A stretch of DNA of 64,000 nt from Vicugna vicugna (lineage: Eukaryota), in the NCBI GenBank assembly GCA_013265495.1, contig MU058065.1, positions 10,023,720 through 10,087,719 on the forward strand, read 5' to 3'. The translations under genes and the position numbers were made by a program. Of the stretch, positions 38,501 through 50,800 are shown in pieces (within the stretch, counting starts at the first letter, position 1; each line of letters opens with the position of its first letter). The notes below the pieces were generated by a model that had not been told where the DNA came from, made no database searches, and saw only the letters and a list, made by a program, of their open reading frames with translations.

Positions 38501-39608
38501 CCTCTCGAAACACCATTTATGACCCGTAGAATAAACACTACTTTATATGAGTAATTTTTTTATTATTTATAAGGAAAATAACATCAGCAAATTATATAAG
38601 CCATTTTCATGAAAAAGAGCAATTTGGTATAGATATATGATAGTTTATTTCCAAAGAACTTGGTTCACATTTTATCTCTGGTATGTGATGATCTTTTGAA
38701 CCCTTTCAAGCATTTCAAATGATGAAGTTGGTTGCATATGATCAATGAACTAGTTCACACAAAATTTTCAATTGGGGAATATTGGAGGTGAAATAAAATA
38801 TGAAGAAATAGGAAACTATGTTGAATGCCTATCTTACCATATCTTATTACCAAAGAACATATTTATATATCATTCCTATGATCATTTCAATATTTGTGTT
38901 TCTATCAATCTAAACTTAGATAAGAGGAAAAATTTATTTCAAGTATATGTACACTTGTATAGCTTACAAAGTATGTATATCAATATCAATGTCCCACTTT
39001 TTCATTGTCTAATACTTTCCTTAGGGGTAAATCTCCAAACTGAAAACATTGTCATCAAAATTATTTTGCAGATCATTTAAAAAATTATGGTGCCTTTGAA
39101 AATATTTCTTGATCTTTGAATAAACTGTATCTTAGCATCTAGAATTAGACGGTTATTACTAACAAGTAGGCAGGCAGTACAAAACTCCACTCCAGTTGTT
39201 GCCTGGTATATTACTCTGCACATTTTTTTCTTGATTCACATTCCTTGTTATGAGAACATCCAGTGAATTTATGGTAAGATAAAATAAGTAAAGCAAAGAA
39301 ACACCTCTTACAACAAGAGGGAGGTGAGAATACAATTCTGATCTTTATATGAGAGTCTTGTATTTGATTTCCTCAATTTTCAGCCTAAATTCTCTTCCAC
39401 ATACTTTTATGCTAGAACTTTTTCATCACTATCTGAGTGGTTTTTTTCCCCCTAGATTAAGTTAAACTTTAATTAGAGAGCATTATTAGAACAATAAAAT
39501 AACATAAAAACTTAAGTCTCTTATCAATTTTTTTTATAAAAATAGGAAAGATTATGTTGCTGTGGGGTTAACCATAATTTATGAGTAGTTTATATTTTCA
39601 GTCAATAT

Positions 39609-40030
39609 TGTGACCTCAGCACTTTCCTGGGTGAAATCTGAAACTGGCCCCCATACATGGAGGACAAGGAGAGTCTGAAGAAAGGCAGACACACCACTCC
39701 AGATTGGTAAGTGGTGGGTTTAATAAACAAGGGAATTTATAAACAAGGTTTGTCTCTTAAGGTGACCTTAAGACAATAGATCTCTACACCCGCCTGCCAG
39801 AATCTTAAACGTTTATATAATGACCTTAACGAGCTTCAGTCACGTATACTGTCCAGATGGTCTCAACAACACCTTTCTCTCTCAATGCTGCATCTTGGCA
39901 ACCAGTTCCCACTGTGGGAAGAGTGGGCAGAACATACATTCCAAGGCCAGGAGAGGGGATGCCTCGACTGCCCAGGTCTGGCTCTCACGGTCAACCAGAA
40001 GTCATGTTCTTTGGATGACCTCCTCCAACA
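39609..40030 (-). mobile_element. Solo retroviral LTR (~422 bp, family unassigned)
   Basis: TG...CA termini and a GC shift relative to the flanks. Minus-strand TATA (TATATAAA, ~39812-39819) followed by ATTAAA (39724-39719). No clean TSD seen. Confidence 0.65.
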
Positions 40031-41464
40031 TCAGTATATTGATTTATTGTTAGTAATTTAGGAGCATTAACCTACCTTTTCCATCGCCTAGGTGTCATAC
40101 ACACAATGACAAAGCTATGCACTGAAGAGTATGCAGATGGGTGTGCAAACATATGGTGGGATTGTACATTCATTTATTCTACAAAATCGGATGTCTACTA
40201 TGAGTCAAATCCCAAGTTACCTCTGAGGACACAACAGGGAACAAGACTGACAGTCTTAAGGGTTTTACTGGGAAAATGGGTTTAGTGGGAAAGATAAACA
40301 TTAATTCACAAATAAGTAACTGAAAATTTCCATGGAGGAGTACTGCAGGGTCCTATGGCACTTGTGTGTATAGAGTATATAATAAATTGATCTGATCTAG
40401 GGGCTCACGCAGCTATTCATTCTTTGCTACATCCACTCATTTAAACATTGGAGTTTCTCAGGGCTTCTGTCTCCCTCCCATCCTTTTTTCATCTTTGGCT
40501 TAGGGAGAGTTGAGGTAGGAATTGTTACAGGAAATTGAGAAGGTGTCACTATTTACGCAGGGGGGAGTTCATGGCATATGAATGTTTATAGGGGGATTTC
40601 ATGCACAATTTGTTATAGGCTTTGAAGATGCTAAGTAAGATGAGGGTTAAAAATGTGAATTTTCACCTGAATTTTCAACATGTTGTTTATTTCAAAGTGA
40701 CCTACTGAGGGCACTATTAATGAGATGGAATGCAGGGAGAAGATGATGGGTTGGGAGGTGGTATGAAGAAATTGACTCAGTTCATCTGACCAGCAACGCA
40801 AGCTCTATGAGGGCAGGCATTCTACATCCCCAGTAACCACAGCAATGTCTAGCACACTTTGCACTCATAGGTGTTTGTCGAATAAATGAACGACAAGAGT
40901 TCTGGAGGGTAAGAAGAAGTCAAATTTTATAGACCATGAACAGTCTAGTAAATCATGTTAAGGCTTTTGGTTTGCTGCTTCTTAAGTATAATGCTTTCAA
41001 GGGCTTATCAGAGCTTAGCCAGATTGAATTTGTATTTTAAATTGATCACTGTGGCTCTTGGGTAAACCATAGATTTTAAGGGAGCCTGTAGGCCAGTTCA
41101 GTTACTAGGCTTCTTCAGTTTTCCTGATTGGGAAGAAAAAAATTTGGAGTAATTGAGCAAGCACTCTAGCTCAAATGACCAGAGAATGGGTGGTCAGAAA
41201 GTGGACTATTTGAATCATTTTGGGGTAATGACCAGATCAATGACATTATTATGCAAATGATAAATAATGAAAAATGGAATCTCTGCTCCTTAGATTACTG
41301 ATATTTACAGGTAGCATAATTCCTGTGGCTTTTATGCTTTAACAAATATGACCACTCTGTGACTGAGGAATGGAGCTGTCACACAGTATAACTCTGAACA
41401 GGTAGGGACTTTCAAACCTGTCCTAGAATCTGAAATTATTATTTTCATAAAACAGTCTTTCTGT

Positions 41465-41990
41465 ACTAATTTATTTAACTCCTACTATATTCTAGGCACT
41501 ATGCTAAGGGTTGGGGATAGAATGATAAACACTATAGACATGGTTTTTGCCCTCATGGTTTAGAAGGAAAGACAGAGATGAAACTAAAACCGAGTATGAG
41601 GAGTAGTATGAAAGGGTAAGAACCAGAAAATGGTTGGGGACAGCATAAAGCATGGACATTAAACCTAGTCTAGGAGGTCAGGAAAGGCCAACTGGAGGAA
41701 AAAACTGAAAGTTGAGGCATTGTTATCCAAGGCCAAATGGAAATGGGCAGGGATATCATTCTTGGTAAAGAAAAGATGAAATATTAGATCTAGGGCTTAT
41801 ACACTCTAGCTCACCAATAGGAATTTAATAGCTACGAAAGTGTCTGGAGTGGCGGTGTTTGGTAGAATGGGGTTAAATGGAGTACAGCTTGGTAATTAAC
41901 CTCAACCGTTTTGGATGTTATTCTCAAGATAATGGAGAAAAGAGGAGGCTTCAAGCAGGGCAGTGATGCCACTCAAAATTTGGAATTATA
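41465..41990 (-). mobile_element. Degenerate LINE-2 fragment (further L2 pieces at ~40165-41230)
   Basis: CCTACTATATTCTAGGCACTATGCTAAGGGTTGGGGATAG is the reverse of the L2 3' end. Boundaries approximate. Confidence 0.65.
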
Positions 41991-44634
41991 AGCCAGATGT
42001 CATATCAGGATTTCTTACTTTTGAAGTTTTTGTTTGGCTTGGCCCAAGTTCCAATTCCTCCATCTGTAATAGGTTTCAAAGCCCTCCCCACAGTTTCTGC
42101 AAATTTCAAAAGCTTGTTGTTTTCTGCTTCTCTCTGAGTCTGTGCTCCAGTCTGCTTAAGGATTGCATCTGCATTTCCACCTGTTGGCACAGGGATTTAC
42201 AACTCAACTGCTTCATCTATTCTATTAGAAATCCACACATTAAGTACTTCTTGATTCTAGTGGGCTTTACCATGGCTTAACTGGGAAGAAACTCATCTCA
42301 AAATAAGTGTTCATTTGCCATCTTCCTTGTTCTATCTCATTTTCTCATTGTTTCTTTCAAGATGTCACAAACAATGTTTTCCTGTGTCTTAATTAGAACT
42401 ACAGCACTCATAATTATAATTCCTAGGGTCTTATCTTCTGTAATCAAACACCTATCAATATATTATTCAAAACAATACAGTTCTCTACCTAAGGTGAATT
42501 TTGGTGATAGTTGTTTACATAGGCTATGTTTTTTATCCTGTAATAAAAATAAACACTCTAATTGTAGTGTAGAAAAATTATGGCTTATTAGAAAAGATGG
42601 CAAAAGGAAAGAGTCACAGAAATAGTCTAATCTAATTCTTTTATATAAGAGATGAAGACATTTAAGCTCAAAGAGGTCAAGTTAGTTGCCTTATTGTTAA
42701 TGGCAGAGTCTGAACAAATATTTAGGCTTTTCTCTAATCTAGTGTTCTTTCTGTCTGGATGGTGACCCTTCTTATTATGCCTTTTATCCCTCAGGAGAAC
42801 ACATCTAAGCTCATAAATCCTCTCCGTGAATGTATCTTTGCCCCTAATTCCAACTTCCCTATGTGCCTCAGCCAAAATGTTTCATCCATCCAAAGGGATG
42901 ATAAAGGGCAGCTTTTATTACACTAACTCTTGCAGAACCATTCCTGCTCCTCCACACACCAATTTTCTGCCATCATATATTTATTTTCCATAATACTATC
43001 TGTTTTTATGTACCAGTGTATAGTTTTGAGATTGCAACCCAGTATAGACATAATGAAATTTAGATTGAAGGCTAAAACCTCAGTATGAGAACCCGTGAGC
43101 TAGTGGGACAAAGAAAGTGAAATAACATATGAGGAGATGTTATGACTAATCATCCACAAGAAAGATAATTTTAATGGGGTGAGTAATGGAGGTTTCCAGA
43201 GAACAGTTATGAGGCAAAGGTATCACCTTCCAGTATTGCTTGTCAAGATTTTATTTCCCAGCTAAGTTTTCTGTACAGCAGGTAAATATTTCAAATCTAG
43301 AAATAAAATAAACTGCTTTATTTGGGAAATACAAAAATCATAAAGTAAGTAGTTACAAATGGGTCACAGAATTAAAGTGATAATAGTAGTGTTAAACAAA
43401 GTCTCTTAAACAAAGAGGACAATGAAAAGATTGCTTATTAATGGAAGTGTAGATTGCACATCCTTAAAACTATAAACATTAGGCTTTGCCTTAATTCTGA
43501 GGTTTAATCTTTGACCTTTTGCCCTCTACTTTCCTATTTCTTTGTGATTCAGTGCTTCAGGCTATTATTTTACTGCACTTTCAACTGAAATTATTCCCAC
43601 TAAATGAATGATTCTTGAATCTATATCTATGACTTCATTCTTATCTTTTTTAAGTGACGATTTGCATTTTTAGCAATGTTTTGGAAATTTTGAGGTGGAT
43701 ATACAATTATCAGTCTCAATGCGTTTAAAGCCCTCCCTGTCACTCCCTCAAATTTCCTTCTGAATATTTTTCTAACGCTACTCTCTTTGCTCCGTCTCGT
43801 GGGCTATCATCCTATTAGCCATCCAGAAAAACAACTTTACCGTAACTCTTCAACTATCAGGAAGGGAGTGTACCATCTAAGCCTAGATGTTGAAAAGACC
43901 TTGTAAAAGACTTTCTCCAGGGTCTTTATTGAAAATCTCCAGCCAATACCTAGTTACCTGATAATAAGAGAGCATGCTTATTATTTCATCTTATCAAGTG
44001 AGATCACGAATGCAAAAGCTGCCTCTAAATCCTAAAATAAAAAGGTTGAAACATGATGTACTTTTCTCATTAAACATGTTGAACCCACATAGAATACCAC
44101 CAAGGTGAAGCTGCAAAATTGCAAATGTTCCAAGTTAAACCATTGCTATAGGTAATATCTTTGGTAATAGGTAAATTTAGTTTATTTGTTTTGCTTCCTG
44201 AATTATTTATTTTTGCTCTTTTACAAACAATCCTATGTTCTATTTCAAGGATCATAAAGCATAACATAAGTACATAATTTTTCCCTGCTTTTATTTATTA
44301 CATATTAAATTGCCTTAGAGCCAAATGTAAATATTTAATGAGTAACAAATTTATTGACCTTTCCTCCAAACAGAAGACTTTTATAGTAGCTGTCTTCAAG
44401 TGTAGTTTTCAATTTCTCATTGATCTTTTATAGTTGAAGAAGCTTATCTAAACAAAACTGTAGAAAAACAGTTTCTTTTTAATTGGAGAATTTTCAAAAT
44501 TGTTGACTCCAAACTCAACATGATCTGAATTCCAGTTAAAAAGTGAATTGAGGAATAAATAACATATACATTTCCGATTTTTTTTCTGTTTAATGAAAAC
44601 CTTTTGAAAAAAATCTTTAACCACTCTATTATCC

Positions 44635-44875
44635 TTGGACAGACATCAAATGCTATGTAGCCTTGGTCTGATTCCCAGTTCACCACTTCATAGCAGCATG
44701 ACTTTGAGCAAGTTTATTAACCTCTCTGTGTTTTTGATTTCTCATATATTAAAAATGGGAATAATAAGAAAGTTGTAAAGAAATTACACGAGACAATATA
44801 TAATAGGCAGTATTAAAGAGCTTTGGTGTCTGCCAAAGAGTAAGTCCTTGCTCGGTGTTAGCTGCTAATATTATT
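44635..44875 (+). mobile_element. MIR SINE (weaker MIR fragments at ~20865-21050, 22825-22985, 36370-36540, 50255-50390)
   Basis: Core TGACTTTGAGCAAGTTTATTAACCTCTCTGTG...TTTCTCAT...AAAATGGGAATAATAA. Confidence 0.8.
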
Positions 44876-47800
44876 ATAAAGAAAATAGTACAGGATAAGG
44901 GCTTGGGAATATCTTAAAAGAGAAATTCTCTTGTTTCATTCATATTACAGAATGTCATAATTGTTTTATTTACTAGTCTGAGGAAGGTTGATCAGCACGT
45001 TTTTTAATGAGTCTGCACAGGCTGCCTTAATCCATTACAGGTGTTTTCTGACTCTTTATTTACCAAATTCCTGGTATCCGATGTGGAGCTATTAGGTCTT
45101 CAGTCTCCTTTCTAAATTTTCATTTGTGAATAAAATACATCTAAGTCATGATATTAGGAACAATAAGATAATAATTTCTTATACCCAGATCAATAACAAG
45201 AGAGTACCACAAAATTAATTGTGCTTAATAAAGTGCCAAGTCATCAATATATCATCTATTTTGAAGCCTTACTGGAACATGTAAAATTCTCATAATCAAT
45301 AATGATAAAGTAAATTTTAATTCTGAGAAATTATAGTATTTAAAGCTCATTCCTAAACCTGAACAATGTTTTGTTGATTGTATTTTAAATTATGGGGCAG
45401 ATTATTCACAAACATCATAAATCCTTAAGAAATGTAATACTTACTGTACCCTGGAAGCCAATACAAACAGGGACTGAAAAAACTTAATCCAGCCCTATAA
45501 TTAAGCTGTTTTAAACCAATTAGTTATTCTCTAGTAAGCATTTCATTAGGCAATAGCATTTTGTGTTTATATCAAATTTCTTTCTAAGAAGGAAGAGAAA
45601 CAGTAAAAATTTTTTGATGGACATTTATTCATCCTTTTAAAAGTCACTTCAAATTTAAAAGGAAAAAAATTAATGTAATGTTTCTACTTTATAGATTCAG
45701 GCAGATCACCTCTTTGCCTAGAATAAAACGGGGGAACTGAGCAGGATTCTTAGCTGTAACCCTTAAAATGTGTAGCTCACTACACAGACTGTGCCAGGAG
45801 GAAGAGGTGGCGCCCCCTTCTGCAGGTCCAGCTCACTGCTTCATTCACATGCATCCTCAGAAGAGCACGTTGCCCTAGACATTGCCAAACAATGGTGGCT
45901 TCACCATTTAAAGTTGCTCACGTTGAATACTATTCCAAGGATTTTATCTAGTTCTCCTGCTGAATATCTTAATAGTATTAGGATGAAAGAGGTTTGTTTT
46001 TGAGGTTGATTTCTTTTTTCTTCTTAAAGCATAAAACCCGAACAGATGGGATCACAGATTCGGCTTAGTGAGAACTGAAGTTGTTTCATACACTTTTTTT
46101 TTTTTTTTGTCTTTAGAAACAAAACCCAACAGCATTAATTTAGCCTGAATCTGTACAGTACCAGTATTGTCCATCATCGCTCAATGATGGAGTGTTAACT
46201 GCAGCTGTAGATTTAGTATCTGGGCCTTTGTTGTATTTTTCAAGAAGCCATTAATAGGGATTCTTTTTGGTTTAGGGCTTTCCCCCTTTCTATTTGCACG
46301 TGCTCTTTCAACAAAATACCTAATTTACTGAAAGCTGGCAGCAGTAATAAGGATACTTAAACTATTTTGAAGTTAAACTTGAATTAACTCAGTTATCGCC
46401 TATTTCCTTAAGAAGGAGGAAAGAAAAGATTATGTGTTGTTAAATTTATGATTATATTTATTGGCTGCTATTTGTAAACTTCTGTCTTATTATTGGCTAG
46501 TGGGCTGTAAAAGATTTCTGTTATTTCCCTTCTTGCTGGGTAAATCATTATAATTAAGTCTCAGAATGTCTCCTGTATTAGGTGTGATATAACTTGGAAT
46601 CTCCTGGGTTCTCATTTGCCAAAAACATATTTTATATCCTTATGCTTTAAGAGGCCTTCTCAGTATATCTCAAGGTATTTCGGGCATTAATTAGAGATAT
46701 AAAAATGTTCGCTGTTACCTCCCACAGCAATGGTCATATATTCACTCATCAGGCGATAAAAATTGTTGCCTCAAAAAACAGAGCTCATGTAACCAGACCC
46801 TCTCGGCTTTCAGGTGAGGCAGCATATTTCCAGGTAGGTTAAGTGAAAGGCTGCAGGTCACATACCTGCCCAATGACAAAGGCCATGAGACCTCTGAGTG
46901 CCAACACAAATCTGTGTTTTGACATCTTATAAGAGTGCTCTGTGGACTTGATCTCTTTGTTGTTGCTTTTTTTCCCAAAAAACACAATTACACTCATTTA
47001 TTGTTTGACACTCATTATGTTAATTATATAAACTACAATTCAACCATTGCTTGAAAACAGAATAAAGCCATTCATCCATGCCAATGTTTAAGCACACTTT
47101 GGACAATACATTTTATTGTGTTTTGTGAATAAAGACATTAGAACTTTCATATCCTATGAGCTAAGAGCTCATGTGTACCTCTCAAACCCAGAAAGAAAAC
47201 CTCTCAGAAGGATGGAATTCTTGAAAATGCCTTATGTCAGCTGGTGTTTTTATTCTTTTTACTATCTTGATATATTTGGTTCTTTATAGGTTTTCATCAC
47301 TTATCCAGACTTTAGTATACAATTCTCTGTTTTCTTTACCTGACTCAGTCAAGAAAAACAAACTTGAATTAACTTTAGTGAGATTCATTAGTTCTGGATG
47401 CTGCTTCCAAATTTGTCATGGGCTCAAATGTTTTGGTAAAATGATTTTATGTTTATTTAGTTCTCACTTCTATGAAAACAACACATTCTTTATTGTGACT
47501 ACAACAATGCTGAAATGGGCGGAACCACCATACCAGGTACTAAATGGATTTCCAAGTATGAGATACTTAAAGAGAAGCACTCAATTCTAAAGGATCCTTA
47601 TGTATTTGTATTACTACTTTACCAAGAGGTGTCCAACAAGTGCTATCACACGTCTACACAGATACAGATACCTAACTATATGAAGAGTTCTGGATATATA
47701 TATGTATATATGTATACATATTGAGGGAGAATATATATATATCTATATCTATAGATACAGTTAATATCTTCTATTAATTCTTTAAAATTCCACCTGCATG

Positions 47801-50800
47801 TTACCTCTGAGAAGAATATTGTCAGGCCCCTCTCCAAACCCAACTTAATCGCTCTATTTGCTGTATCCTGAGAGCAAGATGCTCAATTCTAATTACCTAT
47901 TTACTTTTCTGAATCTTAGCCCAGATTGTGAACTCTTCAGTGATGGACCCCATTATATTCCTGTTGTTGATCACACTGCCTAATTATATGAACTTAACAT
48001 TTTTGCTGACTTAATAAAATAATGAGTAAGACTAATTAATTAATAAATTAATATTTTAACACTTATAATTACATAGAAACTTCAGGAACTTCAAATAGAA
48101 AGAAGAAAAAAAATCCATATGTAGATGATAAGTGGTGCCATAAAATCTGAATCTGTTAATGAATAAGCTTGTAATGCCATCAGATTTCCAAAACTATATT
48201 TTAAATCCAAAATAATTTTGCTAGCAAAAGACTTAAGTATGACATCAATTTAGAAAAATCTTGTTTTGTTAGTGGTCCCTAACTACTTTTACATTTATTT
48301 TTAAGAAATCGTATCCATAAATAAGACAAAAAAATTATTTTTAAAATGTCATCTGGCCCACAGTCTCCCCCTCCCCCCGCTAAAATTTACTCTGTCCTGT
48401 TCTTGGAATAACATGCCAAAAATTACCAGTACCTCTGATATTTATTCCCAACATTAAGAAAAATCTTTGATGTGACTTATTTTAAAAGTAATGTACTGAA
48501 TTGTATCTATTTTCAAATATTGACATTAAAACAAGTCCAATGTATTTATAATTTAATTGCCTGGTATTTCAAACTCCAGTAATTAAAAGAAATGAAATTC
48601 CATGTTTGAATCTGGTGGTACTTATATTAGTGGAGGAGACAGAGAATGGAGTTTGTAGAGGTCAGGACAGCTTGAATTTGCAGTGTATAAGACCTAAGAG
48701 GAAAGAAGAGAGAGAGACTGATAGAAATCTGCAAGGTGTTTCCCCTGTTATGGACACTTTCGTATAAAAGTATGCAATATATTTATAGTCTATCATCACT
48801 CACCAAAAACCTTTCAAACTTTTTAACCTCAAAATATAGTCGCAAAAAGCTGTGTGGTCACTATTATTATTTGCTAAAATTTAAACTCCGGGCCAGAGAA
48901 GCTCAGGAAAGTCACAGTGCTTAAAATGTCAGAACTCATACTTAAATCCACTGATCCTAAATATACTTTATTTTTATCCCATCACTTTATCTCAAGTAGG
49001 TTTACCATTAAAATTTATACAATACTCCATTAAACAAATATTCTTATTAGTGATGTTTATAGCTTGTCCCCTAAACATACCTCTCATATAACTGATAATG
49101 GCACTGGGCTTAAAAATAAAATATATATGTATATGTATTATATATATGTGTACGTATCTATATATATTCTCCTGCAATCTTAAAATTGTAACATATTGTT
49201 AAGTCCGTATCTACAGGTAAATCAACATGGAGCTTCAATGGTGGTTTCAACCTCAGTTTCAAATAAATGAGCAAGAGATCATTTAATATTCATAAATCTT
49301 AAGTAGGTCAGAATGGGATATTGAGAAAAAAAGTGAAATTCGGATCAAAGATTTCCTGGAGAAATCTAAAAATCACCTGTGAGGAAACACAGCCAAGGGT
49401 AATTGACCTCCCAAAGTTGAAATACATAATAGAGTAGACACTTATCTATCTAGTAGTTTAAGTGTTTTGTTGACTTTCCTATTGTTAACTTAACAACAAA
49501 AGTTTTGAATATCTAGTCCTCTCCAACTTCTTACTGCCTTTGTAAGCAAAAAGAATTCAGACTATCAAAATCATTTTCAAACCCTAAAATTTTATTCCTG
49601 ATTTGAGACAACACAATTGCCATCAATGAAGCAAATGAAAAGCATTCTTTTTTGATATGAAAATTAGAATATCAAACAGCCAATTTTGTGTATACTTCAT
49701 ATATTCTGAAATGCCATAAAAAGGAACATTTGAGTTGTAGAAGGCCAGGTGTGCAATCAGAGATAGGCTTTTTCCCTAGTAAAAGTAATCAATGTGACTT
49801 GGTACTTTGACTTGATAGACAGAAACTCATCTATATGATTCCATTCCAAAGAAATAACAATAGGAAGAAACTAAGACAATGGATTTGGATTTTCCCTATT
49901 TTTTATTTTTCTAAGTCTACTATTATCACTGATATTCCTTTAGTCTCATTTGATACCCTATTTTCTGTTTTTTTTCATAAGTGGGAAGATAAAGCTTTCT
50001 ATAAGGATGACTGAAAAATAAAATCCAAGATATTTAAATGCATAGACAGCAAAGATATTTTTTGTGCAGGAAATTAAAAATTACATAAGTTACTTACTTT
50101 ATCTGATTTATGGCAATGTATTTCACCAACCTAAATATATGTCAACAACAAAAATGCTTATCTGAAAAATCCATTTTGATAGAACTCTCCAGTAGTTCAT
50201 TTTAATACCTCATTTTAACTATTAAGAGAGGTTTAGAGATGTGATTCGGAGAAATTCAAGTTTGGGTGAACTGGATTTTTAATCCTTATTCTGACTTTAT
50301 CTGTATGCATTTTAGCAAGTTACTTAATCTTCTTGAATCTCAGCATCCAGAAAATGAAAAAGACTTTTATAATCTCTGTATATAAAAGTTTATGCTCTGT
50401 CCAAATACCAAATACACTACTTCTAATGAAGGTAACTTATGGTGTTTTCTCCCTTATCTTATTAATACTATTGCCAGAATTTGACTAGAAGGGCAAGACA
50501 AACTCCAAAAAACTGGAAGCAACCTTACAATTGTGTCTTCTTACTTCAACCAACCAGTGTTCATCGAGTTTCTTTGTCTGCAGTAGTACCTCAAAGGATG
50601 TGGGCAAACATGAAATACAGCCAATGCTTCCAAGGAATTTGAAATGACCACATATATAAAAGACCAACAAAAGTATGGTATCCTGTATATTTAAAGAGTG
50701 ACATGACATATTAGCCTTTTAATTTCTAGTACAGAAATCAATTCTCAACTAATTTATATCAAAAATTATTATTTATCATTTTTATAATATAAAAAAATCA

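Noticed and set aside
46170..46191. Hairpin TCCATCAT-N6-ATGATGGA
   Set aside because: An 8-bp stem is within chance expectation and too short for a pre-miRNA or other ncRNA call.
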